A DNA stretch of 64,000 nucleotides. Source: an uncultured Candidatus Rokubacteria bacterium. Its GTDB lineage: Bacteria; Methylomirabilota; Methylomirabilia; Rokubacteriales; DASRDR01. Of this stretch, positions 41,133 through 48,503 are shown one piece after another (position 1 is the stretch's first letter; every line of letters begins with the position of its first letter). The stretch spans positions 160,001 to 224,000 of the forward strand of contig CAVPSB010000031.1 in NCBI GenBank assembly GCA_963708025.1. Reading direction: 5' to 3'. Made by a program: the position numbers and the translations under genes. The notes under the pieces are model-generated. The model had not been told where the DNA came from, did not search any database, and saw nothing but the letters and a program-made list of their open reading frames with translations.

Positions 41133-41969
41133 TCACCCCTTGACGGCGCCCGCGCCGAGGCCGGCGATGAAGGCCCGGCGGACGAACAGGAAGAGGACCA
41201 TCGGCGGCAGCGAGAAGAGGATCGCCGCCGCCATCACCTGCTGCTGGGGCACGACGTACTGGCCCTCGAAGGAATACAGCCCCACCGACGCGGTCCACCG
41301 CTCGCTCGAGACGACGAACGTCCGGGCGAACAGGAACTCGTCCCAGGTCTCGATGAAGGCGTAGATGGCCACCGCGCCCAGGCCGGGCAGCGCCAGCGGG
41401 ACGACGACACGCAGCAGCGCCGCCAGGGGCGAGCAGCCGTCCACCCGGGCGGCGTCGTCCAGCTCCCGCGGGATCGTGTCGAACATCGACTTCATCATCC
41501 ACACGGTCAGGGGCAGCACCCAGGCCACGTCGGTGAGCACGAGGGCGAGCAGGCTGTCCAGCAGCCCGACCCGCTGGTAGACGAGGAACATGGGGACCAG
41601 GAGCAGGAGCGGCGGCATCATCTGGGTCACCAGCGTGAGGCCGGCGACGGCCCGGACGCCCCGCCGATCGTAGCGCGACAGCGCGTAGCCGGCCGGGATC
41701 CCCAGGACCCCGGCGACGAGGGTCGTGCTCACCGCCACCACGGCCGAGTTGCCAAGCCAGGTGAGGATGGGGGTCCCGGCGAAGGTGGCGAGGGCGAGGC
41801 GGACGTCGAGCGACCGGGGAAGCACGCGCGGGGGATACGAGAAGAGATCGGCGTCCGGGCGGAGCGCCGTCACCAGCATCCAGTAGACGGGCAGCAGGAT
41901 GGTCACGCCCAGGAGCGCGCCCAGGGTCGCGAGGCCGAGCGGGCGGGTGAGCGTGGGCCGCGGCGTCAT
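41133..41969 (-). CDS. Carbohydrate ABC transporter permease (MalG-like)
   Basis: IPRELDDAARVDG EAA loop; WDEFLFA. Confidence 0.93.
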   Translation of the reverse strand: MTPRPTLTRPLGLATLGALLGVTILLPVYWMLVTALRPDADLFSYPPRVLPRSLDVRLALATFAGTPILTWLGNSAVVAVSTTLVAGVLGIPAGYALSRYDRRGVRAVAGLTLVTQMMPPLLLLVPMFLVYQRVGLLDSLLALVLTDVAWVLPLTVWMMKSMFDTIPRELDDAARVDGCSPLAALLRVVVPLALPGLGAVAIYAFIETWDEFLFARTFVVSSERWTASVGLYSFEGQYVVPQQQVMAAAILFSLPPMVLFLFVRRAFIAGLGAGAVKG

Positions 41970-42793
41970 GCGGCGGGCCGCTGGAGGAAGCGCCAGTAGA
42001 GCACGGCGAAGAACCCCGAGATGACCATGACCACCGTCCCCAGGGCGGCGGCGGTGTTCAGGTGGAAGAGCGTGAACCCCAGCTGGAAGGTCAGCAGGAC
42101 CAGGGTCTGGGTGGCGTCCACCGGCCCGCCTCCGGTCAGGACGTAGATCACCGTGAAGGACCGCCCGAAGACCCAGATCGTCAGGAGGAGGACCAGGATG
42201 ACCGTGATGGGCCGGAGGGCGGGCAGGACGACGTAGCGAAAGACCCGGATGGCGTTGGCGCCGTCAACCCGCGCGGCCTGGAGCTGGTCGCCGGGGATCG
42301 TCTTGAGTCCGGCCAGCAGGAAGACGGTGGCGAGGGGGAACAGCTTCCAGACCTGCACGACGATGACGGCCCCCAGCGCGAGCCCGGGATCGGTCAGCCA
42401 GCCGATCCGGCCCTGGACGAGGCCGGCGAGGGAGAAGAGGTAGGTCAGGAGCCCGTACTGGTAGTCGAGGAGCCACGACCAGATCATGGCGGCGGCCACA
42501 TAGGGCATCGCCCAGGGGACGATCACCGCCGCGCTGAGGAGGGCCTGGCCCGGGAACCGGCTGTGCAGGAGGACGGCCGTGGCCAGGCCGACGCCGTAGG
42601 TCCCGGACACGCACGCCGTGGTGAAGATCGCCGAGACGAGCAGCGAGTGGGCGAACGCCCGGTCGGTGAAGAGCTGGACGTAGTTCCGGAGGCCGGCCCA
42701 GGCGGGGCGATCGATCGTGCTGCCCTCCGCCTGGAGGCTCGTCCACACCCCGAGCCCGATGGGGACCAGGAAGACGAGCAGGATGACCGCCAC
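41966..42793 (-). CDS. Carbohydrate ABC transporter permease (MalF-like; 5' end obscured by repeat)
   Basis: GLRNY, QAARVDGA, LTGGGP. Confidence 0.9.
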   Translation of the reverse strand: MAVILLVFLVPIGLGVWTSLQAEGSTIDRPAWAGLRNYVQLFTDRAFAHSLLVSAIFTTACVSGTYGVGLATAVLLHSRFPGQALLSAAVIVPWAMPYVAAAMIWSWLLDYQYGLLTYLFSLAGLVQGRIGWLTDPGLALGAVIVVQVWKLFPLATVFLLAGLKTIPGDQLQAARVDGANAIRVFRYVVLPALRPITVILVLLLTIWVFGRSFTVIYVLTGGGPVDATQTLVLLTFQLGFTLFHLNTAAALGTVVMVISGFFAVLYWRFLQRPAA

Positions 42794-42819
42794 GGCCGGC
42801 GCCAGGAGGAGCGGGGCCG

Positions 42820-42953
42820 GGATCTCTTTCGTAACCCCCCGCCCACCCCGATTCTTCGACGGCCTTCGGCCTTCGGCCCCCTCCCCTGCCCATGGACGGC
42901 CTTCGGCCTTTGGCCGGGGGGAGGGCGGAGCCGGACGGCTCCAATTCCGTCAC
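42820..42953 (+). repeat. Diverged copy 3 of the hairpin element with nested GGCCTTCGGCC stem-loops
   Basis: GATCTCTTTCG..CCCACCCC..CGGCCCCCTCCCC..GGGGGGAGGGCGGAG..ATTCCGTCACG is collinear with copies 1 and 2. Confidence 0.6.
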
Positions 42954-42964
42954 GTCACCGGCGG

Positions 42965-44245
42965 TCAGGTGGCGATCAGCTGTTCCAGCTTGCCCTGGAC
43001 GTCCTTCATCGCCCGCTCGACCGGCTGGTTCTGGTACAGCACCGACAGGACGCCGTTGCCGATGGCCTGGAGGGCGTCGTTGCCCTTGGCGCCGAGCTGC
43101 TGCGGGAAGTACGAGACCGCCCGTCCCGCGTAGCCGATCTCCACCACCTGCTTGTACCACGGGTACTTGGCGACGAACGCCGGCGGGACCAGGCCTGGCG
43201 GTGCGGGGAGCGTGCCGGTCAATTCGACCTGGCGCCGTCCCTGCTCGGGCTCCAGCAGGAGCATCACGTACTGCGCCGCCAGGTCCTTGTTCTTCGCCTG
43301 CCGAGGCACCCCCCACCAGGCCGTCGCGCGCATGGTGGCGGGAGACGGCAGGGGGTTCTTCGCGGTCGTGAGGTGCGCGGCGACCTCCGGGTTGGACTTG
43401 ACGGTCTGCAGGATGATGAAGGACCCCGAGATGATGCTGGCGATCTTGCCCTGGGAGACGAGGTTGTTGATGGTCACCGCGTCCAGACCGCGGGGGATCT
43501 GGTTCCCCTCCCACATCTCCTTCACGAGCTCCAGCGCCTCGAGGACCTTGGGGTCGGTGGCGGTGGGCGTCGTGCCCCGGAAGAACTGGCCGCCCAGCCC
43601 CAGGACGATCGGCATCAGCTGGATGAACAGCGCGGTGGGGTTGCCCGCCTTGGTGGCGATGCCCATGCCGAACTGGCCGGTGGCGGCGTTCGACGTCTTC
43701 TTGACGGACTCCCGGAAGCTGGCCAGGTCGGTCGGGGCGTCGATCCCGGCCCGCTTGAACAGTTCCTGGTTGTAGATGTAGACGCGCGGGTTCGTCTCGC
43801 GGGGCACCCCGTAGGTCTGCCCGTCGCTCTGGGCGTCCTTCTGGGAGTTGATGAACGCCGCCGGGTTGGCGCCGGCCTTCTTGAGCCAGGGGTCGAGCGG
43901 CTCGAGCCAGCCCCGCTCGATGAAGAACTGGATCTGCGGGTCGTCGACCCGGATCACGTCGGGCGGGGCGCCGGCCTGGAGCTGGGTCAGGACCTGGCCG
44001 TGGTACTGGGCGAACGGGGGAGACACCTGCTTGGCGCTGTTCCCCGGATACTTGCGCGCGAACGTCTCGTCGATGGCGTCGATCTGCTCCTTGTACCCGG
44101 GCTGGAGGTAGCTCGGCTCGCTGACCGTCACCGTCACGCTGGCGTCGGCCCGGCCGGGCCGACCGCCGAGGGCTGAGGCCACCCCGCCGCTCGCCGCGGC
44201 CAGAAGGAGCTGTCGCCTCGTCATGCCGGAGCCCCGCGTGTTCAT
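42965..44245 (-). CDS. Sugar ABC transporter substrate-binding protein (Tat signal)
   Basis: TRRQLL twin-arginine leader; PPDV, GQTYGVP, YIYNQELFKRAG. Confidence 0.9.
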   Translation of the reverse strand: MNTRGSGMTRRQLLLAAASGGVASALGGRPGRADASVTVTVSEPSYLQPGYKEQIDAIDETFARKYPGNSAKQVSPPFAQYHGQVLTQLQAGAPPDVIRVDDPQIQFFIERGWLEPLDPWLKKAGANPAAFINSQKDAQSDGQTYGVPRETNPRVYIYNQELFKRAGIDAPTDLASFRESVKKTSNAATGQFGMGIATKAGNPTALFIQLMPIVLGLGGQFFRGTTPTATDPKVLEALELVKEMWEGNQIPRGLDAVTINNLVSQGKIASIISGSFIILQTVKSNPEVAAHLTTAKNPLPSPATMRATAWWGVPRQAKNKDLAAQYVMLLLEPEQGRRQVELTGTLPAPPGLVPPAFVAKYPWYKQVVEIGYAGRAVSYFPQQLGAKGNDALQAIGNGVLSVLYQNQPVERAMKDVQGKLEQLIAT

Positions 44246-44369
44246 GGTCTGTCCTCCGGGGAGAGTCGGTTCACGATGGTGGACCCGGGTTCGTGGATGT
44301 AAGCTTGGTAGCACGGCTTCACGTCACGCGCAACATCTACCTGGCCGAGGTGGAGTGCTCGCACCCTTC

Positions 44370-45434
44370 GTGAGCGGCCGGCGGGCGCGGATCGCGGTGG
44401 TCGGCACCGGGTGGTGGGCCACCCGCGTCCATCTGCCGGCGCTCGCCGCCAACCCGGACGCCGAGCTGGTCGCGGTGGCCGACCGCGACCCGGAGCGGGC
44501 CCACGCGGCCGCCGCCCGGTTCGGCGTGCCCCGGTCGTTCGGGAGTCACCGCGAGCTCCTGGGCGTGCGGCCGGACGCGGTCGTCGTCGCCACACCGCAC
44601 GATGCCCACTTCGAGATCGCCCGCGACTGCCTCTCGGCCGGGTGCGACGTGCTGGTGGAGAAGCCCATGGTCACGGCGGTGGCCGAGGGCCGCCGGCTGG
44701 TCGAGCTCGCCCGGCGATCCGGCCGGCGGCTCCACGTCGGGTATCCCTATCCCTACACCACGCTGGCCCAGTCCCTCCGCGGCGCCGTCCGCTCCGGCCG
44801 GCTCGGCCACCTCCACCTGGTGACCGCGACGTTCGCCACCTCGGTGCATCACCTCTACCCCGAGGCCGCCCGGCCACCGGACGCGCCCGACGCGCTGTTC
44901 CCGCCCTCGCCGTCCACCTACAACGACCCCGAGCGGGGCGGCGGCCAGGCGCATACCCAGGTCAGCCACATCGCCGCGCTCCTGTTCTTCGTGACGGGCC
45001 TGCGGCCGCGCGAGGTCCGGGCGCTCGCGGAGTCGGGCGGCACCCGCGTGGACGCCTGGGACGTCGCGTGCTTCCGCGCGGACGGGGCGACCCTGGGCAC
45101 GGTCGCCAGCGCGGGGACGGTGCCCCGGCCGCTCCCGACCGTGGCGGAGATCCGCCTCTTCGGCGAGACCGGTCACGCGTGCTACGACCTGACCGGGGGC
45201 ACGCTGGAGGTGCAGGCGGCGGACGGCCCCGCGCTCCGGGAGGCGCTGTCCGACCCGGCGGCGCGGTACCCGCGCGAGGCGCCGTGCCGGCGCCTCGTGG
45301 ACGGACTGCTGGGACGGGCCCCGGTGCTCGTCGACGGAGACCTCGGCCTGCTGGTCGTCGAGTTCGTGTCGGCACTCCTCGCGTCCGCCCGGACCGGGCG
45401 CCCCCGGCGCCTTGGATCCCGGTCGAAGGCGTGA
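44370..45434 (+). CDS. Gfo/Idh/MocA oxidoreductase
   Basis: IAVVGTGWW, VATPH, LVEKPM, GGG...SH. Confidence 0.92.
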   Translation: MSGRRARIAVVGTGWWATRVHLPALAANPDAELVAVADRDPERAHAAAARFGVPRSFGSHRELLGVRPDAVVVATPHDAHFEIARDCLSAGCDVLVEKPMVTAVAEGRRLVELARRSGRRLHVGYPYPYTTLAQSLRGAVRSGRLGHLHLVTATFATSVHHLYPEAARPPDAPDALFPPSPSTYNDPERGGGQAHTQVSHIAALLFFVTGLRPREVRALAESGGTRVDAWDVACFRADGATLGTVASAGTVPRPLPTVAEIRLFGETGHACYDLTGGTLEVQAADGPALREALSDPAARYPREAPCRRLVDGLLGRAPVLVDGDLGLLVVEFVSALLASARTGRPRRLGSRSKA

Positions 45435-45467
45435 CCCGCGGGTCCGCTCCGAGAGGCGGCGCTTGGA

Positions 45468-45505
45468 GCCATACGAACGTATGGCCTATCAGACTTGGCC
45501 ATACT
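45468..45505. promoter_or_regulatory. Palindromic operator of the brnT/brnA-like unit
   Basis: GCCATACG-AA-CGTATGGC plus a third GGCCATAC half-site overlapping a CATACT -10-like hexamer. Confidence 0.6.
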
Positions 45506-45516
45506 AGCCTTTCCAG

Positions 45517-45581
45517 GTGGCGAGGGTCCGATTTGGCGCGGGGGGAAGGAGATCCATGAGCGAGAGAATCAGATACACTGA
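45517..45581 (+). pseudogene. BrnT-like toxin relic (ends only)
   Basis: GTG-ARVRF followed immediately, in another frame, by WRGGKEIHERENQIH*, which overlaps the antitoxin start. Confidence 0.55.
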
Positions 45582-45840
45582 TGAGCCACTCGGAAAGCTG
45601 AAGGTGGTCCCCGACTTCTTCCCGCGCCCGGAGGATCTCGCCTTTCGGGACGAGGGGGTCAAGGTCACGATCGCGTTGAGCAGGCGGAGCGTCGAGTTCT
45701 TCAAGAGAGAGGCGCGGAAACACGATACGCAATATCAGCGCATGATCCGGCGGCTTCTCGACGCCTATGCGGAGCGGCACTCGCGGCCTCTCGCTGCGCG
45801 CGGCACGCGGAGACGTGGGAAGGCATCCCGCGCGGGTTAG
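45556..45840 (+). CDS. CopG/BrnA-type RHH antitoxin
   Basis: DFFPRPEDL, KVTIALS, FFK, YQRMIRRLLD. Confidence 0.85.
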   Translation: MSERIRYTDEPLGKLKVVPDFFPRPEDLAFRDEGVKVTIALSRRSVEFFKREARKHDTQYQRMIRRLLDAYAERHSRPLAARGTRRRGKASRAG

Positions 45841-46038
45841 CGCGGCCGTCGGAAGAGAACTGAGTGCCCAGGCCGACATCTTGTGCCAGGCCGACGTCGA
45901 CAAGTGGCGGTCTCTGCGGGACGTCGAGCACACGCGAATTCATCGAGGGATCGAGTAGACATGCCGTTTCGCCGTTTCAAGTTGAACTGGGGACGAGGCG
46001 GAGGTTCAAAGGGGCCAAGCAGATTGAGCAGGGCCTGC

Positions 46039-46314
46039 TCATCTCGCTGAGCCAACCGGACTACTCACGACCCGGCGCTCGCGCTCAGCGGCGAACGCTA
46101 GGCAGGCGCGGATGTCGTCGCGCGTCAGCTGCGGAAAACCGGCGAGGATCTCGTCCGCCCGCATGCCAGACGCAAGGTAAGACAGGACATCTCCGACCGC
46201 GATGCGCGTTCCCCGCACGCACGGCTTGCCAAACCGAATCTCTGGGTCGATAACGATCCGGCCCTGGTAGGGGGTCCGCACGAAGTACGGGTGCCAGCCG
46301 AGGCCCGCCGGCAT
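46039..46314 (-). CDS. DUF433 protein with chimeric N-terminus
   Basis: RIVIDPEIRFGKPCVRGTRI...FPQLTRDDIRACLAFAA; the N-terminal MPAGLGWHPYF is an aldose-1-epimerase-like motif. Confidence 0.8.
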   Translation of the reverse strand: MPAGLGWHPYFVRTPYQGRIVIDPEIRFGKPCVRGTRIAVGDVLSYLASGMRADEILAGFPQLTRDDIRACLAFAAERERRVVSSPVGSAR

Positions 46315-46461
46315 CGGCGTGTCGCTCTCGTTGGTCAGCGGCGCTTAGGAACTCCAAACGCCCTCTCCCCTGCCGCGAGCGACCGGGCGGTCCAACGTGG
46401 TGCGCGGCTCGGTGAAGAATCGCGTCAGCGCGGTGCCGGAAGCGCTGGACGGCTGGCCGTG

Positions 46462-46483
46462 AGTGGACTAAACTTAGTCCACT
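46462..46483. promoter_or_regulatory. Palindromic operator abutting the antitoxin ATG
   Basis: AGTGGACTAA-AC-TTAGTCCACT immediately before ATG 46484. Confidence 0.8.
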
Positions 46484-46726
46484 ATGGAAACAATCAATGT
46501 GCACGATGCGAAGACGCATTTCTCGCGGCTCCTGGACCGGGCGCAGGAGGGCCAGGAGTTCGTGATTGCTAAGGCCGGCAGGCCGGTGGCCCGGCTCGGG
46601 CCGCTCGCGCGGCAGGGAAAGAAACGCCGGCTGGGCCTGCTCGACGGCAAGTTCAGGATCCCCGACGACTTCAACGAGCCGCTGCCGGACGAGGTGATCG
46701 CCGCCTTCGAAGGCCGTCGCCGGTGA
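46484..46726 (+). CDS. Phd/YefM antitoxin
   Basis: INVHDAKTHFSRLL, IAKAGRPVARL, PDDFNEPLP. Confidence 0.93.
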   Translation: METINVHDAKTHFSRLLDRAQEGQEFVIAKAGRPVARLGPLARQGKKRRLGLLDGKFRIPDDFNEPLPDEVIAAFEGRRR

Positions 46727-47109
46727 GGGTCCTGCTCGATACGCACCTGCTGCTCTGGTCGGTGGCGAGCTCGCGCCGGCTGCCGAAGGGGGCGCGGTCC
46801 CTCATCCTCGATGCGGCGAACGAGGTGTTCTACAGCGCCGCAAGCGTGTGGGAAGTCGCCATCAAGAGCGCTCTGCGGCGCAGGGACTTCAAGGCCAACC
46901 CGACAGTGCTCGTGCGCGCTCTCGCGCAAAGCGGGTTCTCCGAGTTGCCGGTGACGGCGGCGCATGCGGCGCGCGTCGCCGGGTTGCCGGCAATTCACCG
47001 CGATCCGTTCGACCGGCTGCTGGTGGCGCAGTCGCTTGCCGAGCCGATGACACTCCTCACGAATGACGCGGTACTGGTGCGCTACGGTCCGTTGGTGCAG
47101 TTGGTGTGA
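46723..47109 (+). CDS. vapC: VapC PIN-domain toxin
   Basis: LLDTHLLLW, SAASVWEVAIK, HRDPFDRLLVAQ. Confidence 0.93.
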   Translation: MRVLLDTHLLLWSVASSRRLPKGARSLILDAANEVFYSAASVWEVAIKSALRRRDFKANPTVLVRALAQSGFSELPVTAAHAARVAGLPAIHRDPFDRLLVAQSLAEPMTLLTNDAVLVRYGPLVQLV

Positions 47110-47129
47110 CCCGGGGGGGGGCGACTAGA

Positions 47130-47302
47130 TCTCCTGGGGGAGACGGCTCGATGACGGGCACATGCGCTGGGTGCAGGACATGGCCGGCCCGGGCCCGACA
47201 AGGGCAAGGGTGGCAAGCACCTCATTCTGCCGCCCGGGTTCAAGGGTAAGGTACCGTCGGGGTATTGTCGGGCGCGCCAAGACAAACAAGGTCCTTGTCC
47301 TC
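47130..47302 (+). pseudogene. DUF1254 internal fragment
   Basis: MRWVQDM..GPDKGKGGKHLILPPGFKGKVPSGY with frameshifts. Confidence 0.65.
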
Positions 47303-47580
47303 CCAGAGCACCTTTCGCGAATCCCTCGCCGGGGACGGTCCACGTCTATCAGCCGCGTCGCTTCGAGGGGTCGCGCCCCGGGACCTCCTGCCGCCCGAAC
47401 AGGCGCTCGGCGAACGCCTCGCGGGTCAAGCCGAAGCCGGGCCACGTCACGCAGGATGCCGGCCAGTGGACCGGCGCGGCGGGCCGCCCCGTGGCGCGGA
47501 ACGGTGACCTGTGCTCGCCGTGTTCGACGGTGGTCAACGCAGGGAGCTCCCAGTGTGGCAGGTCACCCCGGTCGCCGAGC

Positions 47581-48492
47581 TCAGACGCGGGAAGCGCGCC
47601 TCCCGCGGGACCGGAGCGGCCGGTCGGCCCGGGCGTGACGAGCCGGCCGGCGCCCACGCGCCGCTCGGGAGGGCTCGGGCAGCGCGGCCCGTCCTGCCGG
47701 AGCCGGCGCGGCGGCCTTGGGTCGCCCCCGCCGTCTTCCGGGTTCCGCCCTGGCCGGTGCCTCCCTCGCCGCTGGTGTGTCCAGCTCGATCCCGAAGACG
47801 TCGGCCAGGGCGGAGTCGGCGAGCCGCTTGCGCGTCCCGCCTGACTGCGCCGCCAGGGCCGCGCCGCTGCCGGCCGCCGTGAGGAGATCGAGCTGGTCGA
47901 CCCGCCGCAGCCGGAAGAACAGCTCGGGCTCGGTGTCGAGGCGCGCGCCGACCCCGTAGAGGGTGGCGGCGACGTGCTTGCACATCGCCGCCCAGTCGGG
48001 GCAGGAGCACTCGAAGGCGATCTCCTTGGCCGACGGGAACAGGCCGGTCTTCGGCTGGATCAGCACCTCCATGACCGCGCGCGAGAACTTCCCCTGCAGG
48101 AGCTCCACCAGCGACCCGATCTTTCCCGCGCATTCCCGGACCACCGCCTGCCAGCGGGGCCTGGGCAAGGGCGTGATCGCGACCGAGATCCGGTAGAGCT
48201 CGCTGCCGCAGACGAGGGCCTCGACCGCGCCTACCTCGAGGCGCAGGTCCATGACCGACCCGTTGCGCACGTAGGTCCGGCCGCGGGGCAGGCGGTTGGC
48301 GAAGTCGCTGTACGACTCGAGGTTGTCGCACCAGGCCTTGCCCCAGAAGCTCTTGGCGATCGTGCGCCCCTGGATCACCACGGGGGCGGCGGGCCCGGCC
48401 TTCTTCCGGAGCCGGGCGACGTCCCGCGCCGCGTTCCGGCGCCGCACCGCGACCGGCACGTAGGGCCGCCAGTCGTACCAGCCGTCGGCCAT
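47581..48492 (-). CDS. SWIM zinc-finger protein
   Basis: FWGKAW, NRLPRGRTY, CSCPDWAAMCKH (CxC..CxH); GGAGG RBS. Confidence 0.9.
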   Translation of the reverse strand: MADGWYDWRPYVPVAVRRRNAARDVARLRKKAGPAAPVVIQGRTIAKSFWGKAWCDNLESYSDFANRLPRGRTYVRNGSVMDLRLEVGAVEALVCGSELYRISVAITPLPRPRWQAVVRECAGKIGSLVELLQGKFSRAVMEVLIQPKTGLFPSAKEIAFECSCPDWAAMCKHVAATLYGVGARLDTEPELFFRLRRVDQLDLLTAAGSGAALAAQSGGTRKRLADSALADVFGIELDTPAAREAPARAEPGRRRGRPKAAAPAPAGRAALPEPSRAARGRRPARHARADRPLRSRGRRASRV

Positions 48493-48503
48493 GGTCCCTC
48501 CCC

